Assembly (NCBI GenBank): GCA_002269645.1
Contig: NIVC01000195.1
Coordinates: 372,001-436,000 of the forward strand
Source: Macrostomum lignano
Taxonomy: Eukaryota
Direction: 5' to 3'
Length of the DNA stretch: 64,000 bases
Shown here: positions 11,811 through 24,217 of the stretch, piece after piece
Position numbering within the stretch: the stretch's first letter is position 1
Layout of the letters: each line of letters starts with the position of its first letter
Position numbers and translations under genes: made by a program
Notes under the pieces: model-generated
Told to the model about the DNA's origin: nothing
Seen by the model: only the letters and a program-made list of their open reading frames with translations
Databases searched by the model: none

Positions 11811-14800
11811 ATGGCCTCCTTCACCCCACACCGAGGCGGCCGTGGTGGTGGCGGCCGCCGATTCTTTCGCAATTCGTGGCGCGGCGGCTTCCGTGGAGGC
11901 AACCGCGGTGGCACCCGCGGCAGAGGTGGCGCAGGCGGCGGCTTCCACAGCGTGATGGGAGCGGCGGGCATGGACGAGGACGAAGCGCCGCAGCAGCAGT
12001 CTCAGCAGCAGCAGTCCAGCGGCTTGGTGCTGGAGGCGCCCGCAGGCGTGGAGTTCCCGGGCTGGAGCCTGTACTTTCCCAGGCTGCGCTACCAGGCCGG
12101 GCTGGCCCAGGTGCGCCTGACGCGGGCCTTCCTCGCCTTCCTGGGCCGCTACGTTGACGAGTGCGGCGTCTCCCTGGAGGCCGTGCAGGACGCCGGCGGC
12201 TTGTCGGTGCCCAGCCAGCAGCTGCTGGAGGCGCCGGAGCCGCAGGCCGAAGTAGCCAACTTTGCCGAGGACCTGGTGGCGCAGCCGGACACCTACCTGG
12301 CCTGCTTGCACCTGGCGCTGCACTCGCTGGTGTGCCGACACCGGGCTGCTGCTCAGGTGAGCCTGGGGCTCAGCTTGGAGAGCTGAATAACATGAACTGC
12401 AACTCACACTCCAGCCAATCAAAATGATGTTTATGAGCCCCCATAATACGCCCCTGAACTACCCTGAGGATCGCTCTGAACTGCCCTGAAGATCGCTCTG
12501 AACTGCCCTGAGGATCGCTTCTGAACTGCCCTGAGGATCGCTCCTGAACTGCCCTGAGGATCGCTTCTGAACTGCCCTGAGAATCGCTCCTGAACTGCCC
12601 TGAGGATCGCTTCTGAACTGCCCTGAGAATCGCTCCTGAACTGCCCTGAGGATTGCTCCTAAACTGCCCTGAGGATCGCTCTGAACTGCCCTGAAAACCG
12701 CCCCTGAACTACCCATAATTGCTTCTGAACTACCCCGAGGATCGCTTCTTGGAATTGCCCTGAGAATCGCTCCTGAACTACCCTGAAAATCGCTCCTAAA
12801 CTGCCTTTAAAATCGCTTCTGAACTACCCCGAGGATCGCTCCTGAACTACCCTGAAAACAGCTCCTGAACTACTCTGAAAACAGCTCCTGAACTACCCCG
12901 AGGATCGCTCCTGAACTACCCTGAAAACAGCTCCTGAACTACTCTGAAAACAGCTCCTGAACTACCCCGAGGATCGCTCCTGAACTACCCTGAAAACAGC
13001 TCCTGAACTACTCTGAAAACAGCTCCTGAACTACTCTGAAAACAGCTCCTGAACTACCCTGAAAACAGCTCCTGAACTACTCTGAAAACAGCTCCTGAAC
13101 TACCCTGAAAACAGCTCCTGAACTACTCTGAAAACAGCACCTGAACTACTCTGAAAACAGCTCCTGAACTACCCTGAAAACAGCTCCTGAACTACTCTGA
13201 AAACAGCTCCTGAACTACCCTGAAAACAGCTCCTGAACTACCCTGAAAATCGCTCCTAAACTGCCTTTAAAATCGCTTCTGAACTACCCCGAGGATCGCT
13301 CCTGAACTACCCTGAAAACAGCTCCTGAACTACTCTGAAAACAGCTCCTGAACTACCCCGAGGATCGCTCCTGAACTACCCTGAAAACAGCTCCTGAACT
13401 ACTCTGAAAACAGCTCCTGAACTACCCCGAGGATCGCTCCTGAACTACCCTGAAAACAGCTCCTGAACTACTCTGAAAACAGCTCCTGAACTACTCTGAA
13501 AACAGCTCCTGAACTACCCTGAAAACAGCTCCTGAACTACTCTGAAAACAGCTCCTGAACTACCCTGAAAACAGCTCCTGAACTACTCTGAAAACAGCTC
13601 CTGAACTACCCTGAAAACAGCTCCTGAACTACTCTGAAAACAGCTCCTGAACTACCCTGAAAACAGCTCCTGAACTACTCTGAAAACAGCTCCTGAACTA
13701 CCCTGAAAACAGCTCCTGAACTACTCTGAAAACAGCTCCTGAACTACTCTGAAAACAGCTCCTGAACTACTCTGAAAACAGCTCCTGAACTACTCTGAAA
13801 ACAGCTCCTGAACTACTCTGAAAACAGCTCCTGAACTACCCTGAAAACAGCTCCTGAACTACTCTGAAAACAGCTCCTGAACTACTCTGAAAACAGCTCC
13901 TGAACTACTCTGAAAACAGCTCCTGAACTACCCTGAAAACAGCTCCTGAACTACTCTGAAAACAGCTCCTGAACTACCCTGAAAACAGCTCCTGAACTAC
14001 TCTGAAAACAGCTCCTGAACTACCCTGAAAACAGCTCCTGAACTACTCTGAAAACAGCTCCTGAACTACTCTGAAAACAGCTCCTGAACTACTCTGAAAA
14101 CAGCTCCTGAACTACTCTGAAAAACGCTCCTGAGCTACCCAAGAATCGCACCTGAACTGCTTTTTTAAAAGCCCCAGAGAATTCCCCTGAACTGACCAAT
14201 AGAATTGCCCGGACCGCCCAGACCAGCGCCTCCAGACCCTCCTCAATCTGCTTCCTTCGCAGCAGTCGCCACCGAGCGTGCCGCTGCTGCACTGCCGGAT
14301 CGGCAGCCTGCCCGAGCTCACCCAGATGCAGGACCTGAAGGCCCGCATGCTGGGCCGTCTGGTCAGCGTGCGCGGCACCGTCATTCGCGTTGGCGCCGTC
14401 CGTGCCGTCTGTCGCCGGCTGGCCTTCCAGTGCGAAGCCTGCGCCACCGTCTGCGTGCTCGCACTGGACGAGAGCGGCCGCTTCGCCGCGCCAGCCCAGT
14501 GCTCCGGCGGCTGTCGCTCTCGGACCTTCCGCCCCGTGCGCGCCTCGCCGCTCACTCGGACGGCCGACGCGCAGACCCTGAGGCTGCAGGAAACCACCGT
14601 GGATGATCAGGCAAGTGGACGGCCGATCCGGGAGTCATCGGGCTGGTGGCGGATTTCAATGATTTCAATGGCGGACTGGAGGGGCGGGTGAATCGGGGAG
14701 CAGCGGACTGGAGAGGCGGGTGAATCGGGGAGCAGCGGACTGGAGAGGCGGGTGAATCGAGAGCAGCGGACTTGAGAGGCGGGTGAATCGGGGAGCAGCG

Positions 14801-16846
14801 GACTGGAGAGGCGGGTGAATCGGGGAGCAGCGGACTGGAGAGGCGGGTGCATCGGGGAGCAGCGCAGACAGAGGCATCAACCGAAATCACGCCAGACTTT
14901 GGTCCACCCGCCGACAGGGCCGCGTGCCGCGCACCCTGGAGTGCGAGGTGTCGCACGATCTCGTGGACTCGTGCGCCCCCGGCGACACGGTGACGGTCAC
15001 TGGCGTGGTGGCCGCCCGGGCCGCCGCCGAGGACCGCTGCGTGCTGAACGTGATGCTCCGCGTGTGCGCCCTGCACAGCGACCAGCAGCGCCGCTCCGCT
15101 CCCGGCGACGCAATGGTGGACTCGGAGTTCACCGTGAAGGAGCTGTACGCCATCGAGGCGATGCATTCGCTGCCGAATGTATTCAGCACCCTGGTGGCCT
15201 CGCTGTGCCCGGCCATCTTCGGTCACGAGAGCGTCAAGTCCGGCCTTCTGCTGGCCCTGTTCGGCGGCTCGCAGCGCGGCGGCGAGCTGGGCGTCCGCAG
15301 CGAGAGCCACGTGCTGGTGGTGGGCGACCCCGGCCTGGGCAAGAGCCAGATGCTGCAGGCCGTGGCCAGCGTCGCCCCGCGCAGTGTCTACGTATGCGGC
15401 AACACCTCCAGCACGGCGGGTGGGTGCGCCTTCTGTTTGGGGATTTCTGTCAGCTCAATCATGTCCTGTCAGTTTGGGGATTTCTGTCAGCTCAATCATG
15501 TCCTGTCAGTTTGGGGATTTCTGTCAGCTCAATCATGTCCTGTCAGTTTAGGGATTTCTGTCAGCTCAATCATGTCCTGTCAGTTTGGGGATTTCTGTCA
15601 GTTCAATCATGCCCTGTCAGTTTGGGGATTTCTGTGTGACCCTGTGTGACCCTGATTGCACCGCCCTCCCCCAGGCTTGACCATCTCACTGTCGAAGGAC
15701 CGCGGCTCCAACGAGTCGGGCCTGGAGGCCGGAGCCCTGGTGCTGGCGGACCGCGGCGTCTGCTGCATCGACGAGTTCGACAAGATGGCCAAGCAGCACG
15801 CCGCGCTGCTGGAGGCTATGGAGCAGCAGAGCGTCAGCATCGCCAAAGCCGGCGTCGTCTGCAGCCTGCCGGCCCGCTGCTCCGTGGTGGCAGTCGCCAA
15901 CCCAGTCGGCGGCCACTTCGACCGGGCGCGCACCGTCGGCGAGAATTTGCGGATGAGCGCCGCGCTGCTCAGCCGCTTCGACCTGGCCTTCATCCTGGTG
16001 GACCGACCGGACCGCCGGCTGGACGGCCTGCTGTCCGAGCACGTCATGTCGCTGCACTCCCGCGCAGGCAGCTCCGCTGGCAGCAGTGTTGGCGGAGTCT
16101 CTGCTGCCATGGCCGCCGCCGCTGGAGGTGAGGCAGCTGGGAAGATCCCATGAAATGGGGAAAATATTGCGGGTGCTTGCGGGGATATCAATTTTCCAGT
16201 ACTACATGTGTAAATGCAAGGGAACGCATGCTCCAATCCTCAGTGTTTAAACCACGTATGTTGTAAAGCCATGCTCACGGCAGCCTTCGCGCTCCCCACA
16301 GGCAACCCGGTGCCGCACGCGCTCATGCGCAAGTACATCGCGTACGCCCGCAAGTACGTGCAGCCGCGTCTGACCAGGGAGGCTGCTGCCGAGCTGCAGA
16401 AATTCTACCTGGAGCTGCGCGCCGGCCTGCGCTGCCGGGACGCCTGCCCGGTGACCACCCGTCAGCTCGAGTCGCTGGTCCGCCTCACCGAGGCCCGGGC
16501 CCGCGCCGAACTGCGCGAACTGTGCACCGCCGAGGACGCCCGCTGCGCCATCCAGCTGACCCGCGACTGCGTCCGCGACCTTCTCTCCGACGACACCGGC
16601 GCCGTGGACGTCAGCCGCTCCAGCGGCGTCTCTTGCCGCTCGGCGGCCAAGCGGCTCCTCCAACGGCTGCAGCGGGCGGCCGAGCAGCGGCAGAACCGGC
16701 TGTTCAGCTCCGAGGAGCTCATGCAGCACGTGCGCTCCCTCGGCGTCTCCACAGACGCCACCGCCCTGCTGCAGGCGTTGAACAGTCAGGGCTTCCTGCT
16801 GCAGAAGGGGCCTCGCCTCTACCAGCTGCAGAGCTACGATTTCTGA
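11811..16846 (+). CDS. MCM8: DNA helicase MCM8; exons 11811-12356, 14263-14610, 14918-15419, 15675-16127, 16302-16846
   Basis: RGG-rich N-terminus and FPGWSLYF typical of MCM8; zinc finger CEAC...CSGGC; Walker [10 protein letters not shown]; [22 protein letters not shown]; arginine finger LLSRFDL; [16 protein letters not shown]; C-terminal winged helix; phases 0,0,1,1 consistent (intron 2 GC-AG). Confidence 0.96.
12455..14130. repeat. Intronic minisatellite, 23-bp unit (CAGCTCCTGAACTACTCTGAAAA), ~70 copies, MCM8 intron 1
   Basis: Tandem periodicity with 5'-to-3' gradient of variants. Confidence 0.96.
14671..14863. repeat. Intronic minisatellite, 32-bp unit (GCGGACTGGAGAGGCGGGTGAATCGGGGAGCA), ~6 copies, MCM8 intron 2
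   Basis: Units start at 14671 and 14703. Confidence 0.93.
15435..15636. repeat. Intronic minisatellite, 37-bp unit (GTTTGGGGATTTCTGTCAGCTCAATCATGTCCTGTCA), ~5.4 copies, MCM8 intron 3
   Basis: Units start at 15435 and 15472; fills most of the 255-bp intron. Confidence 0.94.
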
Positions 16847-17149
16847 ATTCCGTCATTTTTCTTGTAGCCAATGTTATTCCGGTGACTGCATAACTCTGCA
16901 TTTCAACTGGCTGCGTTTGTTTGCTCTCTTTGTGAAAATCAACAAAAATAAAAACACTTCGTTTGTTTGTTATTGTTTATCCTGAATGTTAATGAGCTGC
17001 TCGTTTGCTTTCAGATGAAAATCTAAACAGTTCACTTTCACATGTATTTACAATGAGCATTATTTACACATATGAAACAAAAATGTAAAAACCGCTTATG
17101 AACAGTCATAATTAGTCATTTGATTAGCAATGACTGCGTGGCCACCCCA

Positions 17150-19802
17150 TCACATGGGCTCGTAGATGCCGCTGCTTCGGAGACTGACGTGGTTCAAGGA
17201 CAGCGTCTGGAACCTGCGGTGCGGCGGGTGACAGCACGGGTGATGGATCCGCCCCATGCCTCTGTTGACTGCCCATACTCCTGCCCACTGTCACATACCC
17301 CTGCCCACTGTCACATACCCCTGCCCACTGTCACATACCCCTGCCCACTGTCACATACCCCTGCTCACTGTCACATACCCCTGCTCACTGTCACATACCC
17401 CTGCCCACTGTCCCATACCCCTGCTCACTACCCCATGCCCCTGCTCACTGCCCACTGCCCCATACCCTAGCTCACTGCCCCATATCTGCTCACTGCCCCA
17501 TACCCCTGCCCACTGCCCCATACCCCTGCCCACTGCCCCATACCCCTGCTCACTGCCCCAAACCCATGCCCTGCCCCATATCCCTGCTCACTGCCCCATA
17601 TCCCTGCTCACTGCCCCATACCCCTGCTCACTGCCCCATACCCCTGCCCTGCCCCATATCCCTGCTCACTGCCCCATACCCCTGCTCACTGCCCCATACC
17701 CCTGCTCACTGCCCCATACCCCTGCCCTGCCCCATATCCCTGCTCACTGCCCTATACCCCTGCTCACTGCCCTATACCCCTGCTCACTGCCCCATACCCC
17801 TGCTCACTGCCCCATACCCCTGCTCACTGCCCCATACCCCTGCTCACTGCCCCATACCCCTGCTCACTGCCCCATACCCCTGCCCTGCCCCATACCCCTG
17901 CTCACTGCCCCATACCCCTGCTCACTGCCCCATACCCCTGCTCACTGCCCCATACCCCTGCTCACTGCCCCATACCCCTGCCCACTGCCCCATACCCCTG
18001 CTCACATCTCGCTGCCGCGGTGATAGTAGTAGCCATCGATGTGGCCGGTGGACTTCTGGAAGCAGATGTAGTAGAAGCCAGCAAAGGAGACATTGCTGGC
18101 GGAGCAGTTGCTGATGGAGAAGCGCTCTTTCCAGCGCATGAAGACAAAGTCAGAGTCCTCGAGGGCCGCGTAGTCCAGCGTGTCGGCCTCGAAGGCAGAC
18201 TGCAGGTGCTCAGCGAAGGCGGGGAACTTGCTCCAGTGCCGCCTGTCCACCTCATCATCAACGTCCCACTTGTGGGTGAGGAACGAGTGCCGCTGGCCCA
18301 CCAGCTCGCCCTCGAAGTAGGTGGTCATCGCCAAGTCCATGCTGGGGCCCTGGAGGGACAGCTGGCCACAGAGGCTGTGCGACTCCAGACTAGCATTCTG
18401 TTGGGTCGAAAGTGCAGTGTAGTCTGGATTAAAATTTATGGCATATACACTAATTATTAAAGTAAAAGAATTACTTTTACAATGATTTCTCAGCAACTTG
18501 ACTAATTAATTTAATTTATTATATAAAACTACCAAGGTTGACCCAAAAGTTCCAGAAATGTTTGCTCTAGCTCAGTACGTTGACCAATTTTTATGTTTTA
18601 TGTGTCAAACTAAAGATAATTTTGCAACAAAAAACTCATTTGAATTTCCTTTTTATCTGGTTTCAGTTAGAGTTATACAAGGGAATATGAGGGAAGGTCA
18701 GTACTAATGTTATACAGCCTCAAATGTCTGTGGTGTCCTTTTTCCATCATTAATTTTTTTTTAAATTAACTGAATTTGTCAGAAAGATATGGAAATGTCT
18801 ATATATGAAACCAGTAAAATTGGTGGTGTAGTGTATTTAATCTAGTAGTGTCAGCACTTCCTTATTTTATATTAAATGCTTGCTTTTGGCTAAAGATTTA
18901 GATATAAATTCTCTCCATAGCCTTGCAATTTTATATTAGTTTATACTAAACTTTCTCCTATCTTTGTATTTAAAAAAACACAGTGTCAATGGTAATAGTA
19001 ATAGTTGCTATACTAGCAATGGTATGCAACGATATCATCTATTACCTTTTTTGTCTACTATAGATGAAATAAATTTTTCAAGCATGTCTAAAGATCAATT
19101 GTTTGGTAAGGGTCCCACTGAGACTGAAACTCTTTATTCAGAGTTCTGAGTTCTACAACTTAATATATAGCTTGTAAGCCTAAAATATTCTATGGACATA
19201 GCAGACAAAATGACCAAATTAATAAACAAAATGACTTTGTGAATATTAGCAGACAAAATCCCATCAACCCTAGCAATTAGCAACATGCCAATATACAATT
19301 TTCAACTTAAATTTATTCAATAATAGTTTTAGTTATAATTTTATCTATAATTCATTGTTTTTTTAGTTGAATATTTCATATCACTGATATTTAGGTTAAT
19401 TTATAGTAATAATATAAAAGTATAAAAAAAATACTACTCTTTATACCTAATTTGCTTATACCAAATCATTGGGCAGCAATGCAAGTGTTTAAGTATAAAT
19501 AGGCTGTACTAATATTTAATATTAGTGCAAGTATAGGCCCTAATTATATTAGCAAATGTACTAATTAATATACTAATAAAGCAAAATGTTAAGTTTGCAT
19601 AGCACAAGCTGCACAGCTAGTATATAATATCAATAAAACTTACTAATATGGTAACTTCAACATCGGAACTGCTCCCTTTGCTTTTCTGAGTCCCCTTAAA
19701 CTTTGATCCATTGTACAGTAGCGTTATTGAAGACGAATGTGCTGCTTTTACTGGCATAGGAAGAGGTAGGCTGCAGTTATATAAGCAACCAAAACCGTTC
19801 AT
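17150..19802 (-). CDS. GID4: GID/CTLH E3 ligase substrate receptor GID4; exons 19802-19644, 18397-18006, 17213-17150
   Basis: LLYNGSKFKGTQKSKGSSSDVEV, TTYFEGELV, FLTHKWD...DRRHWSKF, FVFMRWKERF, SFAGFYYICF, GYYYHRGSE, FQTLSLNHV...IYE match GID4; phases 0,2 consistent; start could be 19757. Confidence 0.94.
17268..18005. repeat. Intronic minisatellite, ~20-bp unit (sense GTGAGCAGGGGTATGGGGCA), ~35 copies, GID4 intron 2
   Basis: Tandem CCCCATACCCCTGCTCACTG on +; first unit is the real donor. Confidence 0.94.
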
Positions 19803-20158
19803 GTTGCTTTGCTTCGTTTAAATTTAGTATATAGGATTTTGTCGGGCACAATTATAAATTCAAAACAAGCAGTCAAACATGCCAAACGTTTACGACGACA
19901 CCTTAACTTAAATGTATCGCCATATCGGATTGTCTGTCATAGAAAGTGATTCTTGTAAAGTTGTCTTTTAGAATCAGGTTGTAAAGTAATGAGGCGTTTA
20001 AACAAACCTAAATGTTGATAAAAACTTGTTAAAACAAAAATATTTCTTTTCTTTTCTTGTCTGATTTTAATTAATTTTTTTAATTTATTTAAATCTAAGG
20101 ACAGAAATATGATTACAAATATTTGCGATTGGCGCCGGAATTTTCTACGTCATATTAA

Positions 20159-20483
20159 GCCTCTTCATATCGCCGGTTCGAAAAACGGAACCGGTTCCGG
20201 AACATGGCTCTGGTTCTAGAATATGGTTCGAGAAATTTTCTCGAACCGTTGCCATGTTTACATTTTAACAGTAAAATATATTTGAAATCGTCATTTTTTA
20301 TTATTGTTATATAATCATTCCGTTTTTTTGTCATATCCAAGAAGAAACAAAGTCAAAGAACGACAAAATTAAATTGTAAAGACTTTCAAACATAAAATGG
20401 GTTCGAAGCTCCTCATTTAACACTGGTTCTGGTTCTAGAACTCGAATTTATTCTGGTTCTAGAACCAATTGCCGTGAAGAGGC
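20159..20483. mobile_element. Harbinger/Tourist-like MITE, degenerate copy
   Basis: TIR GCCTCTTCA / TGAAGAGGC; flanks TAA and TCA; internal GGTTCTAGAACC-type palindromes shared with the 20897-21156 copy. Confidence 0.5.
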
Positions 20484-20620
20484 TCATTTTAGCATAATTA
20501 GTTTTGGAAGTGCTTATCCTCACGGTCCCGTGCCGATAATTCCAATTTTATCCACACGGATACGTGTCAATAACTTCCAGCTTATCCCCACGGCAGTTTA
20601 TTGAAATAGCAGCCACCATT

Positions 20621-21352
20621 CAAGTCTATAGGCCGTGTCAATAATTCCAATTTTATTCACACGGATCCGTATCGATAATTTTCAGCTTATCCCCACGGCA
20701 GATTGGAATAGAGATTCTTAAAATTAATCTGTTAAAAACCGTTTATTTGTTTTCACCGTTTTACAAATCTTCCAATTCAAATAAACTATTGAATACAGAA
20801 TATAGTATCGAGTACTTTGTTAAAACTTTTCGTCGTTAAAAGGGTTAAATATTCGCTTAGCTGCCGGCTTCGCTTAAAACGACCGAATGACTCTAAGGGC
20901 CTTTTCATATTGCTTGCTCTGGTTCCAGAACCAGAACCAATTTGTGAAGTATAACTTTTTGTCTCCATAACTAGAGGGAGATACGTGCTATAAAGTTTTT
21001 ATTATTGAATGACAATCGCCAAGAAGAAAGTGAAAAATTGTGCTAAGTTAGGTTGTTAGGGCAGTCAAATATTAACAGAGTTTAATAGTTATACTGCTGT
21101 TTTTCTTGGAATTCCGAACCGATTCTGGTTCTGGAATTGGTAATATGAAAAGGCCCTAAGATCGAGGCGAATGAGACTTGCAAAATTCAAATTTCAAAAT
21201 AATAATACTAAATAATGATATACCGATTCAACTTCAGCACACAAAACTAAACACAAACAACTGCTCAATCTTAGCCGTGGGGATAAGCTGAAAATTAGTG
21301 ACACGGATCCGTGGGGATAAAATTGGAATTATTGACACGGCCTATAGACTTG
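20621..21352. repeat. Long inverted repeat (~79-bp arms 20621-20699 and 21274-21352), with an extra direct copy of the arm at ~20528-20596
   Basis: Right arm is the reverse complement of the left arm, outer ends CAAGTCTATAGGCC / GGCCTATAGACTTG; CACGGATCCGTG palindrome inside. Confidence 0.8.
20897..21156. mobile_element. PIF/Harbinger (Tourist-like) MITE, 260 bp
   Basis: Perfect 15-bp TIR GGGCCTTTTCATATT / AATATGAAAAGGCCC and TAA target-site duplication on both sides. Confidence 0.78.
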
Positions 21353-24217
21353 TGATGAGGACGCACTTTTTCCAAATCCTGCGCTAGCACATGGGCTCTA
21401 AACTTACCAGCCTACTAACAGTGGGCAATGGGCATTTTTTATCCTTTTTTGCGAATTGTCATAGAATCTATACTAGATATAATGTTTGGTCATATAGTAG
21501 TCATTAATAACATAGGCGCAGCTTTTTGGGTCATAAATCATCGCTTTCAAAGGTGGTCCGACAGCCACCTTCGCCTCACTCAGTGTCGAGGCGGGCGCCA
21601 GATGGTCTGAGGGGATGCGAATGATAGCTTTTTTCTCATCATTTTGACAGGCCATCAAGATTTATGAGGTCAGAGCCTATTGTTCGTGTTCACTCAAGCG
21701 TGTGACAGTTTTGACAGCTATGCTTTTACCCCTAAAAGTACTTTGGGATTAGCGATTAGCGATTTCTCTTCATTATCTTCACTTTCTATTTAATAAGAGC
21801 TTTCTAATGTATATTTTTTCATTAATTTTTGTCAATTCTACGCGAAAAGTCATAAATCATTTTGTTGCGATTTTGATTGATTTATGGCCGCACCTGTCAT
21901 GTTTTTACGACCCCGAGGGAACTGATAGGATCTCCCGGTCACGTGATTCTGGGTAGCAACCAGCAGCTTAGCCAATCAGAAAATTCGACGCTCATTTTAA
22001 CAAAACGGCTCAGCCAATCAGAATCGACGTGTTCTATTATAACAAACTGCGGTCCAGTTGGGCATTTATTTAAACCGGTGTTTTTGGCCCGCTCGGACCA
22101 ACCTCTCCTGGGATCTTGGCCTAACTTAGACCTCCCGGAGCTCGACCGTCGTCTCTTGATCCCCGGATCACGACTCCCCCCATCATCATCAAGGACGAAT
22201 CCCCCCGGTCGTCAGCAGCGAACACCAAGATTAAGAACATCACCTGCTAGCTATCTGCGAAGATTGTGACATCAGCATCATCCCGGGTCTACAGCTGCGA
22301 AGCGCTAAGCCGATTCGGTCACTGTGGATTACCTGGTCTCCGGCTGTTGAGTTTCTGATTGGTTGGGTGAGAGGCTACCCATAGACTTGCTTGATTGGGT
22401 GATTCCCTATCTGTCCCCTGTTTCAGTAGCTGGATTAGGCCCACACTTTTGCTCATTTTGCTCAGTAGTGCTGTTACTGAGGCAGAAACCATTCAATAAT
22501 ACTGCTAGTAGTCTGAAGCTCCAATTCAATCTGAAGTGTGAAGTGATCTGAGGAGAAGGTTAAATCTGACAGTTATTTTTATCGCTTTTATTTCTTTATT
22601 CGCCGATGGCTCAGATGAGTAGCTAAGCTAGTAGGCGCCGGTCACAGTGGACCAATGGCAAGGCAGTTCTCAGTCGATCAATCTATCAAATCAGTTAGCG
22701 AAATTGCCAATAGTGCAGAATCGGCTCCAAAGGTGTACTCTGTGCACTAAGGTTCAGCGGCTCGGGTGATGAATCATGCGGTCTCTGATGTTCGAGCTAG
22801 TTAGTCTATCATCAGCGCTATGAGAGGCTAGTTGGCGCGTTGAAGGCCAAAAGTACATATCTTCGTATTTAGCAATGTAATAGTACATGTAGCTACCCCA
22901 TAGACTCGCCACCGCAAGAATCCCCTGCACAAGTCCCCTCTGTACCTGCATGGCCAATGCGATCTAGTCCCAGCAGTGTCCCTTATCATCGGCTATGACT
23001 TCGAGATAGACAGCAAAAAGACACTAGTTGGCAGGTAAGTGCAAAGCCCCTTCTAGTCGGAAGCCCGATTTCGAGAGTCCCGGTGTGGTGAGCCAGGACG
23101 TACGGGCTGGTGGCAGCGAGTTAGCTAACCTGCGGGTTAACTAGTTTTCTGAAAGTTATTGTTGCTTAAATGAATAAAAACAGTGAATTTCTCGCTCATA
23201 ATCCATGGCAATTTATCGTGACTTAACAGCTTCAATAAAAATGCATTAAAAAACGATAGTCTATGTGATAATGAGCTGTGTAAAATGGGTGCTGTTTGTT
23301 TGATGGCTGCTCTGCAGCCACAGTGAGTTTTCTCAGAGTGAGTGGCAGGGTGCCGCTGGTGCTGGCCATAGACAGCTGTGGCTGCGGGCATTCAGCAGGT
23401 GGCAGAAGGCTGCAGAGCAGCCAGCGGGTTTGAAGGTGTTGAAAATGCTTTCCGCAGATTTTGAGCGTGCCAGATTAATATTGCTATTCATACGCTGGAG
23501 CAAGTATAAGAAAGAGCTAGGCTTCCTCTTTAATTGATTTAATAGGAAGAAGGGAAATCCAGAATCCAGAAAGAAATAATCCAGGTGCATATCTTTTTGA
23601 TGACTTGCAGACGTACGATCGTAGTTTAGAATTTTTTGTTTTTATTTGGCAACTGGAGTAGAACCATCTTTACATATCACTCGCTGCGAGAATGAGCAGG
23701 CTCGCTGATGAAGCAGCATTCAATCATTGTCATCAGAGTCAGAGCTAGCGCCATTTAGCGTTTAATTTATAGTTACGCGAACGTACCGGCTTCCCGATCT
23801 TACCAATGATAAACACGAGACGGGGTCGTGAAGAACACGTAGTTCTCTGAGTTTGGAAAGCTGCATGGTCTGCAAAGACAAAGTCGGCCTGTTCATCCAC
23901 TGCACGAGACGCAATTGGGTAAACCCAACCAGAAGTGCCAGATCAGGATTAATATAATATTTGGATTACTTGGCTAGCTAAGTACTATTACGCATAAATT
24001 GTTTGCCGATCACGCGGTCGCTGCGTGTGCAGCTAATGGGGTGCACCTGGTTTCTGTTTCTGATCTGTCTGATTGGCAACAGCTGGGCGCTGCCGGGACT
24101 GCATGAATGCGCCGTCGCAGGCAGAGGTTTTAAGAAGGCTGTTTTCAGTCTGAGGCCGTGGAGAATGAAATTGCCCTACGGTCTCGCAGCCAACAGTTTG
24201 ATAATAAACAGCAAAAT

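Noticed and set aside
21877-23590. Short ORFs and CCAAT-containing inverted motifs as a gene or LTR element
   Set aside because: No recognisable domains, no consistent exon chain, no TSD or paired LTRs found
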